This document shows positions 20,754 through 29,299 of a DNA stretch of 64,000 nucleotides, in pieces. Made by a program: the position numbers and the translations under genes. The stretch comes from an uncultured Bacilli bacterium (lineage in GTDB: Bacteria > Bacillota_I > Bacilli_A > RF39 > UBA660). Position 1 is the stretch's first letter. Every line of letters starts with the position of its first letter. Where the stretch lies: assembly GCA_958413985.1 (NCBI GenBank), contig CATYVZ010000008.1:5842-69841 (forward strand), read 5' to 3'. The notes beneath the pieces were generated by a model. That model ran no database searches and was not told the origin of the DNA. It was given only the letters and a program-made list of their open reading frames with translations.

Positions 20754-20978
20754 ATGAAAGAAGCAGCTGGAGAAGCTAATATGACAGTAATTACGATCAT
20801 CTTAATTGGTGTTATTGCTGCCATTGCTATTCCATTAGTAACTAATTTGATGAGTAGTACCGCTGAAAGAACTTGCTGTACAGATGCTGGTGGAACTTGG
20901 GAAGGAGGAGCTTGCCAAGCTACTGCGGTGTTTGATCAAAACAGTTACAACACATGTGTTCAAAACGCAAACTCTTAA
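20754..20978 (+). CDS. small pilin-like protein (74 aa, Flp-like size)
   Basis: Short polar leader MKEAAGEANM, then a 25-residue hydrophobic helix and a short Cys-rich C-terminus (CCTDAGGTWEGGAC...C). Not a canonical GxxxxEY Flp motif. Confidence 0.4.
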   Translation: MKEAAGEANMTVITIILIGVIAAIAIPLVTNLMSSTAERTCCTDAGGTWEGGACQATAVFDQNSYNTCVQNANS

Positions 20979-20980
20979 AA

Positions 20981-21002
20981 TGGGATAAATTTTTATCCTT
21001 TT
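20981..21002 (+). terminator. rho-independent terminator (GGATAAA..TTTATCC + T-run) closing the pilus module
   Basis: GGGATAAATTTTTATCCTTTTT. Confidence 0.55.
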
Positions 21003-21070
21003 TAATTTGCAAAAAATTTGCATTTAAACAGACATTATGATATTATATATGACAAATTTGGAGGTCTTTT

Positions 21071-22318
21071 ATGGAAGGAAAATATTTAGTTATCAATGCT
21101 GGTAGTTCATCATTAAAATTTTCGCTATATGAAATGCCAGAAGCAAAAGAATTAGTAAATGGATTGGTTGAAAAGATTGGCGAAGGTGATAGTCGTTTTA
21201 TCTTAAGATTTAATGACAACAAAATCGAAGATTTTTGTAATGCTAATAATCATATCGACGCTGTAAATATCATGCTTAACGGATTAACTAAAAATAATTT
21301 TATTTCAAATATCGATGAAATAAAAGGTATAGGTCATAGAGTTTTGCACGGTGGAGAAAAATATAATGATTCTGTTGTGATTGATGAAAATGTAATAAAT
21401 GATATTAAAAAACTAACTAAGTTAGGTCCCCTTCATCATCCGGGACAGATAGCAGGAATTGAAAGTATGAAACTTATTTTGCCAAATGTTTTACAAGTGG
21501 CGGTCTTTGATACGGCATTTCATCAAACAATGCCAGAAGAAAATTATCTATATGCTGTACCTTATGACTGGTATGCAAAAAATGGTGTCAGAAAATATGG
21601 CTTTCATGGAACCAGCCATAAATATATAACGGAATGTTTAAAGAAACGTTATTCAAAAGATAATGTAAATGCAATTATTTGTCATATAGGTAGTGGTGCA
21701 AGTATTTCGTGCATAAAGGATGGAAAATGTTACGATACATCGATGGGTTTAACACCTTTAGATGGTCTAATAATGGGGACAAGAAGTGGCTCGATTGATC
21801 CATCGATAATAGAATATATTTCAAATGAAAGAAATTTAAATGTACAAGAAATAAATCAAATTTTAAACAAAAACAGTGGTCTGATCGGTATAGCTGGCAA
21901 AAACGATTTTAGAGATCTGACAGCTTTGGCAGAAGCAGGAAATCGAAAAGCTCAATTAGCCATTTTGATGATGAGAAAATCTATAATTAAATATATTGCT
22001 CAATATTATTTTGAACTTAACGGAAACATAGATGCCATAGTTTTTACAGCAGGAATTGGCGAAAATAGAGTTGAATTAAGAGAAAAAATAATTGAAGACA
22101 TTTCTAAACCAATGGGAATATCTTTAAATAAAGAAGCCAATGATAACATTTCGCGTTCTAAAGCTAATCGTTCTGGTAAAATATCAACAGACAATTCAAA
22201 AATAGAAGTATTAGTAATTCCAACAGATGAAGAATATATTATTTTAAAAGATACATACAATTTAAGTAAAACTGTCACTATCGAAAATAGTAAAGTTTTG
22301 AAAAATATATTAAAATAA
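21071..22318 (+). CDS. ackA: acetate kinase
   Basis: Canonical N-terminus MEGKYLVINAGSSSLKFSLYE. Motifs VLHGGEKYNDSVVIDENV and HIGSGASISCIKDGKCYDTSMG. 415 aa. TTGCAT-17-TATTAT promoter upstream. Confidence 0.9.
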   Translation: MEGKYLVINAGSSSLKFSLYEMPEAKELVNGLVEKIGEGDSRFILRFNDNKIEDFCNANNHIDAVNIMLNGLTKNNFISNIDEIKGIGHRVLHGGEKYNDSVVIDENVINDIKKLTKLGPLHHPGQIAGIESMKLILPNVLQVAVFDTAFHQTMPEENYLYAVPYDWYAKNGVRKYGFHGTSHKYITECLKKRYSKDNVNAIICHIGSGASISCIKDGKCYDTSMGLTPLDGLIMGTRSGSIDPSIIEYISNERNLNVQEINQILNKNSGLIGIAGKNDFRDLTALAEAGNRKAQLAILMMRKSIIKYIAQYYFELNGNIDAIVFTAGIGENRVELREKIIEDISKPMGISLNKEANDNISRSKANRSGKISTDNSKIEVLVIPTDEEYIILKDTYNLSKTVTIENSKVLKNILK

Positions 22319-22333
22319 TATAAGGAGCTTTAA

Positions 22334-22981
22334 ATGAAAAAAGTAGTTTTAAAAGAAAAATATTGTCTTGAATATATTAAAGATGCTTTTAATAATTTCA
22401 AAAAAAATCGACATGAAGTCGAAAAAGCAGATTATCATCATAATTGTAGCTATGATTCGATTTTATCGATTTTAGAAAATGGGATCTTACCTATAAAACA
22501 ATTACACTCTAAAAAAATCAGAAATTTTTCCCATGAAGAATTACTTATATGCTCAGATGTCGAATCGCATGCAAACGGTTTTGATGGAATTTCACTATCA
22601 AAGGTTGGACTAGATGATTTATATCATAATGAATATGTATATAATCCCTTACGGTGTGGCTATATTGATTTAATAATTTCTAATTGTGTTAAGGCTTTTA
22701 GATATACAGTAAACTATGGAAATGAATTTATAACTTATCAAAAAATACCTGTTGATTATATAAAATCAATAGATATAAGATTATTAGAATATATTGCTAA
22801 TTATAAAAAGGGAAATGGTCTTAACAATATAGTTGAAAAATATAATAGTTTAATAAGAATTTCACAAAAAATCATCGACGATAGTAGTAACGTAACAGTT
22901 AGAGAAATGAGTGATGATAATAATTGTGAGTTAGATGTTGATGGTTTATCAAAATCACCAATATTAGTACTAAAAAGATAA
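22334..22981 (+). CDS. hypothetical cytoplasmic protein (215 aa)
   Basis: Co-directional, 15 nt after ackA. No motif recognised. Confidence 0.35.
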   Translation: MKKVVLKEKYCLEYIKDAFNNFKKNRHEVEKADYHHNCSYDSILSILENGILPIKQLHSKKIRNFSHEELLICSDVESHANGFDGISLSKVGLDDLYHNEYVYNPLRCGYIDLIISNCVKAFRYTVNYGNEFITYQKIPVDYIKSIDIRLLEYIANYKKGNGLNNIVEKYNSLIRISQKIIDDSSNVTVREMSDDNNCELDVDGLSKSPILVLKR

Positions 22982-23090
22982 TGAATATTTAAAATAACAA
23001 AGGATATTTTATCCTTTTTAATTTGCAATTAGATAAAAACATTGCAATAAAAATTAAAATATAGTATAATTATTTTAATGTGAAAGTAAG

Positions 23091-23543
23091 GTGTTATTTA
23101 TGAGCGGTCCAATAGGTCATACATTTATTTATAATTTAGTTATTATATTTATTGTGATTGTTTTTGCTTTCTTATCAGGGACACTTAGCTATTATAAAGC
23201 ATTTAAAGTCAATAATAGAATCGTTCACGCCATAGAAAAATACGAGGGTTATAACGATTTATCGAAAGCAGAAATCGATATTGTTTTGGGCAATTTAGGC
23301 TACTCATTAGAAAATGCTAATTGTAAACAGGAATACAAAAATATGTATTTGATCGATTCATTACAAGAAAACTATAAATACTGTATTTATATCGATAATT
23401 TGAATCCACAAAAAGGTAGCTATTATACCTATGGCATTTTAACCTATATGAATTTAGATTTGCCATTTATCAATATCATCGATATACCAGTTTTTTCTAG
23501 AACTAACCGTCTTTATAAATTTACTACTGATGAATCCTTATAG
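23091..23543 (+). CDS. small N-terminally anchored protein, paralog 1 (150 aa), possible TadE/pseudopilin-like
   Basis: N-terminal hydrophobic helix (FIYNLVIIFIVIVFAFLSG) followed by ...YYKAFKVNNRIVHAIEKYEGYND. Shares architecture and many positions with the next ORF. Confidence 0.4.
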   Translation: MLFMSGPIGHTFIYNLVIIFIVIVFAFLSGTLSYYKAFKVNNRIVHAIEKYEGYNDLSKAEIDIVLGNLGYSLENANCKQEYKNMYLIDSLQENYKYCIYIDNLNPQKGSYYTYGILTYMNLDLPFINIIDIPVFSRTNRLYKFTTDESL

Positions 23544-23620
23544 GATTTTTTTAATTTCAAAACTATTGTAGTATTTTTTAAAATATAGTATAATTATTAC
23601 AGGATAAGAGGAGGCTAAAT

Positions 23621-24046
23621 ATGAAAGAAGCTATTGGAACATCGATGGTATTTAATCTTATTATGATTTTTTTAGGTGTCTTTATCATTCTTTACGTTAG
23701 TTCAATCGCTTATTCTAAAGGTTTTAAAGTACGAAACAGATTGATCGATATAATTGAAAAATATGATGGCTATACTGAAGAAGCAAAAGATGAAATAGCT
23801 GAAAATTTAGCAGCAATCGGCTATCGAATTGTCGATAAAGAATGTGGTGATCATAATGGGGTTCAACCTATTGCTAATGATAGTGCATATCACTACTGTG
23901 TTTATCAATACAATACAAATAAAGGTAACTATTATGGAGTAAAAGTTTTTATTCATTTTGATTTTCCAATCATCAATGGTTTTTTCGAAATACCGATTTA
24001 TGGTGAGACACGTATTTTATTTGAAAAAAGTGAGGTGCAAGGATAA
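23621..24046 (+). CDS. small N-terminally anchored protein, paralog 2 (141 aa)
   Basis: MVFNLIMIFLGVFIILYVSSIAYSKGFKVRNRLIDIIEKYDGYTEE aligns with paralog 1. Both end in ...YYxxxxxIHFDFPIIN / YMNLDLPFINIID-like motifs. Confidence 0.4.
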   Translation: MKEAIGTSMVFNLIMIFLGVFIILYVSSIAYSKGFKVRNRLIDIIEKYDGYTEEAKDEIAENLAAIGYRIVDKECGDHNGVQPIANDSAYHYCVYQYNTNKGNYYGVKVFIHFDFPIINGFFEIPIYGETRILFEKSEVQG

Positions 24047-25035
24047 TGAATGTAATCATTGTTAATCAAAGAAAAGAATTATTAAATTCACTTAGTATCG
24101 ATGTTATTAAATCGATTGAAGGTCAATTTGAAGTCGAAGAAATAATCGAAATGTTTAAAAATTTTTATTATCAACGAATGATTTTAGATGTCACGGCTTT
24201 AAAAAACTACCAAGACATTAGAACTCTTCAAAAATTATCTATTTCTTTAGATATGGATAAATTAATTTTGTTGTTAGATGACAGTGAAGAATCATCTTCA
24301 CCTAATTATCTTTCTAAATTAATTTCGATGGGAATTTATAATTTCACTAGAAATGTTGAAGGAATTCTTTATTTATATAATAACCCTAATAGCTATCGCG
24401 ATGTTGCGCAATATCATCAATTAGAAAATGTCGAAACCCAACCACAGATAGTTTATCAAAATGTCGAAGCTAATTATTGCAGAATTATCGGTGTTAAAAA
24501 TGTGACCGATGAAACAGGAGCTACAACTTTTTGTTATATGATGGTTAAACAGTTAAAGAAAAATTACGATGTTATTGGTGTCGAAGTCGATGCTAACGAT
24601 TTTAACTATTTTAACGACAAATCTTTGCATAGTGTTAGCAGTAAAGATTTAGGTAGTTTTATCGAAAAGAATAACGATCGTGATGTAATAATTATCGATA
24701 TGAATAATAGTGCTATCGCATCAGGCTTAGTTCAAGAAATAATTTATTTAGTTGAACCTTCAACGATCAAATTAAATAAATTAATGAATATTAAAAGAAA
24801 TATTTTTAAAGAATTAGAAGATAGAAAAATAATTTTAAATCAGAGTTTACTTAGTTCTAAAGATGTTTTAGAACTTCAGTATGAGGCTCGAACAAAATTC
24901 TTTTTTAACATGCCACCTTTGAACGAACGTGATCAAGATATTATGATTATGGATACGTTCTTGGCTAAATTAGGTTTTGCTAAGCAACAAACAGGAGAAG
25001 TTGAAAAAAGAAAGAAAATTTTAGGTTTATTTTAA
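24046..25035 (+). CDS. TadZ/CpaE-like protein (receiver-like N-domain + degenerate ParA/MinD-like domain)
   Basis: The N-terminal ~100 aa has receiver-like alternating beta/alpha periodicity. The segment CRIIGVKNVTDETGATTFCYMMVKQLKKNYDVIGVEVD resembles a deviant Walker A/MinD region with the P-loop lysines replaced. Confidence 0.35.
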   Translation: MNVIIVNQRKELLNSLSIDVIKSIEGQFEVEEIIEMFKNFYYQRMILDVTALKNYQDIRTLQKLSISLDMDKLILLLDDSEESSSPNYLSKLISMGIYNFTRNVEGILYLYNNPNSYRDVAQYHQLENVETQPQIVYQNVEANYCRIIGVKNVTDETGATTFCYMMVKQLKKNYDVIGVEVDANDFNYFNDKSLHSVSSKDLGSFIEKNNDRDVIIIDMNNSAIASGLVQEIIYLVEPSTIKLNKLMNIKRNIFKELEDRKIILNQSLLSSKDVLELQYEARTKFFFNMPPLNERDQDIMIMDTFLAKLGFAKQQTGEVEKRKKILGLF

Positions 25036-25046
25036 GGGGGATTTGC

Positions 25047-25943
25047 GTGAAAAAGTATTTTGGAATTTTAATGGTTGTTTTATTGATTTTTTTAGCAAGT
25101 CCGATCAAGGCTTTAGCTATCGGTCAAGAAAACTTTTTGCTGTTGGATACTTATCAAAAATTAGTCTGTGGCGATACTGAGGTACCATATGTAGCTGCTC
25201 AAATTACTCAAACAGTATATATGATTTTACAAATTGCGACACCTATTATTATTATATTATTGGGTATGATCGATTTATTAAAAGCAGTAATGGCCCAAAA
25301 AGAAGATGAAATTAAAAAAAGTCAGCAAACTTTTGTTAGAAGATTATTAATTGGAGCAGCAGTTTTCTTAGTTTTTGTTCTGGTTAAGGTAATTATTGGT
25401 TTTGTCCAACCACAAAGCGATAATCCTAATATGTGGAATTGCGTCGATTGCTTTATTAGTGGTGAAAATTGTAACATAAAACAAGATGCTACTACTGTTG
25501 CTACTAATAATGGACTTAATTTAATCAATAATATCAATGTTGGTAGTAAGGTTAGTCAAGTAGATAAAATTTTAGGAGTAGATTGTTATATTGATCCGGT
25601 TACAATTAACTATGCCATTGGTGAATACGTGTGTGAATGGCAATATGGTGATGGTATTACCTATAAAAGTATTGTTGATAGAGAAGACAATATAAAAGAC
25701 ATCGAAATTGAAGTTGACGAGGCGATATTAAAATCAGCTTTAAAAAATAAAGTGGCTGAATTTCCGGCATATGATACTAATTTAGAAAATACATATGCTG
25801 ATTATAACCAACGTGTATCAGCATATGGAGTTGAAGGGACATTGATTTATAAAGGAACTTATAACATATATGTTTGGGTTGATAAAGGCGGTTATATGAA
25901 GACTGTTAAATGTGAACAAGATAAATGTTATCAGATTAATTAA
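25047..25943 (+). CDS. VirB2/TrbC-like secreted membrane protein, long paralog (298 aa)
   Basis: Signal peptide (cleavage after KALA). Two-TM hairpin PIIIILLGMIDLLKAVMAQKEDEIKKSQQTFVRRLLIGAAVFLVFVLVKVIIGFV. Then CVDCFISGENC and a 170-aa C-terminal extracellular domain. Confidence 0.4.
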   Translation: MKKYFGILMVVLLIFLASPIKALAIGQENFLLLDTYQKLVCGDTEVPYVAAQITQTVYMILQIATPIIIILLGMIDLLKAVMAQKEDEIKKSQQTFVRRLLIGAAVFLVFVLVKVIIGFVQPQSDNPNMWNCVDCFISGENCNIKQDATTVATNNGLNLINNINVGSKVSQVDKILGVDCYIDPVTINYAIGEYVCEWQYGDGITYKSIVDREDNIKDIEIEVDEAILKSALKNKVAEFPAYDTNLENTYADYNQRVSAYGVEGTLIYKGTYNIYVWVDKGGYMKTVKCEQDKCYQIN

Positions 25944-26016
25944 AAATAATCTAAAATAGATAATTGACAAATATAGGGAAATATAGTATTATTAAATTTA
26001 GTTAGGAGGATATATT

Positions 26017-26370
26017 ATGTTTATATTAGAAACCGTTACATGTGGAGGACTTGAAAATTTTAACGTTGATTCATTGATTCCACAATTAACATCTACTGCT
26101 GTTACTATTATTAAGATCGGTATTCCACTTATATTAATTTTTCTTGGAATGTTAGATTTAGGTAAAGCAGTAATGGCACAAAAAGAAGATGAAATCAAAA
26201 AAAGTCAACAACTTTTTGTAAAACGATTAATTTCTGCCGTTTTAGTATTCCTAGTAGTGTTTATAGTCCAATTAGTTATTGGTTTGGTCGCAGGTGATGA
26301 TCAAACTAGTATAACAAATTGTATTGATTGTTTCTTAAATGGCGTAGAAAATTGTGAACCATCGAAGTAA
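26017..26370 (+). CDS. VirB2/TrbC-like small membrane protein, short paralog (117 aa)
   Basis: Hairpin PLILIFLGMLDLGKAVMAQKEDEIKKSQQLFVKRLISAVLVFLVVFIVQLVIGLV, nearly identical loop to the upstream paralog. Ends with CIDCFLNGVENC. Confidence 0.4.
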   Translation: MFILETVTCGGLENFNVDSLIPQLTSTAVTIIKIGIPLILIFLGMLDLGKAVMAQKEDEIKKSQQLFVKRLISAVLVFLVVFIVQLVIGLVAGDDQTSITNCIDCFLNGVENCEPSK

Positions 26371-26464
26371 ACATTGAACAAAAGATAATAAAACTATTTA
26401 TTATCTTTTTTTTTTATGATATAATATAGACGATATATTTTATTTCAGGAATTGGGGTCAGATT

Positions 26465-28441
26465 ATGTTAGATTGGATAGTTGACTTATTAAGAAGTATT
26501 TTTTTCTTCATTGACAACTTAATTTATACTTTTATCGTTACTTTATATAATCTACTTGTTGATATAGCTGAGACAAGTATTTTTACCGAAGAAGTAATTG
26601 ATCTTTTTGCTTCAAAAGTCTATGCACTTTTAGGTATTTTTATGTTATTTAAAGTATCTTTTTCTATCATTTCATATATAGTCAATCCTGATGAATTTTT
26701 AGACAAATCTAAGGGAGTTGGCAAGTTAATTGGCAATATTATTGTCACACTTGTCCTACTAATAGCTACCCCTTGGATATTTTCGCAAGCAATGGATATC
26801 CAAAGAATTGTTTTAAGAGATAATGTTCTTGGTAAAATCTTTTCTACTCAAGAAATTAATACCCAGGTAGTTACTGATCCTGGTAATACCATGTCTTATG
26901 AAACTTTTAAAGCATTTTATCACTTGAATTATGATAGCCATCCTGAATGTGAAGGAATTGAAACCTATGGTGAAAAAAGTGAAGGAAATTATAATGCTGA
27001 TAATTGCAAAACACAAGCATTTAACGGCGATGAGGGTTTTGCAGCTTATGCCGAAGTGTTAAAATATGCCAAAGCTACTAACAGTATTTCAATTTATATG
27101 AATTCAAATTTGGTCAATGTTAGAGATCAAAATGATGAATATGTTATGAGTTATATTCCTTTTATTTCAACTTTAGCTGGTGGAGCTTGTGCATTATTGT
27201 TAATCGTATTCTGTTTTGACGTTGCTGTAAGAAGCGTTAAGTTAGGCTTTATGAGAATGATAGCGCCAATTCCTATCGTATCAAGGATCGATCCAAAAAA
27301 AGGCAAAGATACCTTTGATAAATGGGTTAAGGTATGTCTTAATACATATTTAGATCTATTTATCAGATTATTAGCTATTTATTTTGCTGTTTTCGTTATT
27401 ACTCAAATGATCGATTTACAATTTGTCGATACTGTAACTGGTATAAGTAAAGACGTTAATGCTTTTGTTAAAGTATTTATCATATTAGGAGCTTTGTTAT
27501 TTGCTAAGCAGTTACCTAAATTACTTGAAGATTTAGGCTTTAAGTTAGGTGGAGGCAAGTTCACATTAAATCCTGTTAAAAAATTAGGAGAAGTTCCTTT
27601 AGCTTCAGCAGCGGTTGGAGCCGCTGGAGCAGCAGTTGGTGGAGCTTTAGCTAATACATATGCTGGAATTAAAAATGGTCGTGGCTTTAAAACAGTTGGA
27701 AGTGCTTTTGGTGGAGCTGCTGGTGGTCTTTTTAGAGGTGCTAAGGCCGGGCTTACTGGCAAAGAAAAAGATAATGTACTGAAAGCTACTAGCACTGGCT
27801 TTAAGGAAACTGTTAGTGCTAGAAACTTAAGAGATAGTCGCCGTTTGGCTGGTGATAGTGGACTTAGTGGAGCAACTAGAAGATTTGGTGCTTCAATTAA
27901 TGACTTAGCTGGTGTACAATCAGGAGCATCTAAATTTGAACGTCAAATTTCTGCTTATGATAGTTTCCTAAAAGAGCATTCCGCATTAGAAGATTATGTT
28001 GCTGGTGAAATAGAAAAAAATAAATTAATTGGCAATACTAATTTCGAATGGAAAGATGTTAATGGAAATTCATTTAGATCAAGCGGTAATGTAACTTTAT
28101 TAAAGCAAGCAATGGAATCATTAAAAACAGATCCTAATGCTAGCCCATTAGCTCGTAGAAATGCTGAATTAATGTATTCAGCAGCTTTAGATCAAGCTAA
28201 ACAAGATTACATTACTAACAACATAAATACTGATGCAACGATTTCTAGTATAGTATCTAATATGAATTATATCAAAGATACCAACTCATCTTATGAAGGC
28301 TTTAATGAAATTAGCGAGATAAAAGATGGCGCTTCTTGGAATGCTGCTAAAAAACCAGTTAAGAAAGCTAAATCTGAAACTGTCTCTAGTCCTGAATATA
28401 GACAAGCACAAGTTAATAAAAGAACTGATCAAAAAAAATAA
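26465..28441 (+). CDS. VirB6/TrbL-like polytopic membrane protein with Gly/Ala-rich C-terminal region
   Basis: 658 aa. Six or more TM helices in the first 400 aa. Then a GGGKFTLNPVKKLGEVPLASAAVGAAGAAVGGALANTYAGIKNGRGFKTVGSAFGGAAGG low-complexity segment, as seen in TrbL/VirB6 homologs. Confidence 0.45.
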   Translation: MLDWIVDLLRSIFFFIDNLIYTFIVTLYNLLVDIAETSIFTEEVIDLFASKVYALLGIFMLFKVSFSIISYIVNPDEFLDKSKGVGKLIGNIIVTLVLLIATPWIFSQAMDIQRIVLRDNVLGKIFSTQEINTQVVTDPGNTMSYETFKAFYHLNYDSHPECEGIETYGEKSEGNYNADNCKTQAFNGDEGFAAYAEVLKYAKATNSISIYMNSNLVNVRDQNDEYVMSYIPFISTLAGGACALLLIVFCFDVAVRSVKLGFMRMIAPIPIVSRIDPKKGKDTFDKWVKVCLNTYLDLFIRLLAIYFAVFVITQMIDLQFVDTVTGISKDVNAFVKVFIILGALLFAKQLPKLLEDLGFKLGGGKFTLNPVKKLGEVPLASAAVGAAGAAVGGALANTYAGIKNGRGFKTVGSAFGGAAGGLFRGAKAGLTGKEKDNVLKATSTGFKETVSARNLRDSRRLAGDSGLSGATRRFGASINDLAGVQSGASKFERQISAYDSFLKEHSALEDYVAGEIEKNKLIGNTNFEWKDVNGNSFRSSGNVTLLKQAMESLKTDPNASPLARRNAELMYSAALDQAKQDYITNNINTDATISSIVSNMNYIKDTNSSYEGFNEISEIKDGASWNAAKKPVKKAKSETVSSPEYRQAQVNKRTDQKK

Positions 28442-28458
28442 AAAGGGTGTGATACTAA

Positions 28459-28776
28459 ATGAACAGTTATTTAATACCGGCTAATACTAAAAAATCAATG
28501 TTAATATTTGGTTTATTTACCAAATTTGATCTGATTTTATTTGGTATTGGAGTTGGATTATCTTTGATTTTATTACTAGCATTACCAGTAGAGCAGATCG
28601 TATATGCAATAATTGCTCTATTACCAGCTTTGATCACTGGTTTCTTGGTAATGCCAGTACCTAATTATTACAATATGCGTACTTTACTTAGTTCAGTAAT
28701 ATCATTTTTCATGAATCAAAGAAAGTTTAAATGGAAAGGTTGGTGTGTTCCACATGGCGAAGAAGAAGGGAAGTAA
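28459..28776 (+). CDS. VirB3-like small two-TM protein
   Basis: 105 aa, two adjacent TM helices. Overlaps the start of the VirB4 N-terminal ORF, as virB3-virB4 pairs usually do. Confidence 0.4.
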   Translation: MNSYLIPANTKKSMLIFGLFTKFDLILFGIGVGLSLILLLALPVEQIVYAIIALLPALITGFLVMPVPNYYNMRTLLSSVISFFMNQRKFKWKGWCVPHGEEEGK

Positions 28777-29299
28777 TTATACTAACGATAATATCCCTGT
28801 CAAAGAGATAAAAAATGGTTATATCATATTGGATAATGGTTTGAAAGTAACCGGAGTTAAAATAATGCCAAGAAATATCTTCATTTTAGATCAACAGACA
28901 CAGGATAGCATTATTGCGAATTTAAGGACAGTTTACAATACCATAGATTATGAATTTTGGATTATTGCCGCTGATAGACCTGTCGATATTAATATTTACA
29001 TGTCACAATTAGAATTGTTATACAATAATGTCAGTAGTCCAGTTAAAAGAAAATTAATTATGGAAGATATCAATAAAGGAAATATGTTTATGAATAATAA
29101 CATTGTCGATACGGAATATTATCTACTTTTTAAAGATAAAAACGATGATATTATTCAAAAAAGAATCAGGACTTTAATAAATACTTTGGCAGGCGCTGGG
29201 TTAGTTGCATATCAGACAACTAACGATGATTTAAGAATGATTTTGGATAACTTTTTAAATGGTGGAGTTACCACGACGTTTGGGACGGTGTTAGGATAA
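28745..29299 (+). CDS. VirB4 (TraE/TcpF-type) N-terminal segment, separate ORF (184 aa)
   Basis: The KNGYIILDNGLKVTGVKIMPRNIFILDQQTQ and YEFWIIAADRPVDI pattern matches the N-terminal domain of Gram-positive VirB4 ATPases. Its stop overlaps the next start (ATAATGG). Confidence 0.55.
   Translation: MFHMAKKKGSNYTNDNIPVKEIKNGYIILDNGLKVTGVKIMPRNIFILDQQTQDSIIANLRTVYNTIDYEFWIIAADRPVDINIYMSQLELLYNNVSSPVKRKLIMEDINKGNMFMNNNIVDTEYYLLFKDKNDDIIQKRIRTLINTLAGAGLVAYQTTNDDLRMILDNFLNGGVTTTFGTVLG

Noticed and set aside
27403-27795. 130-aa Pro/Ala-rich minus-strand ORF
   Set aside because: Antisense to the Gly/Ala-rich low-complexity segment of the VirB6-like gene. This is the reverse-complement codon bias of GGx/GCx repeats, not a gene.
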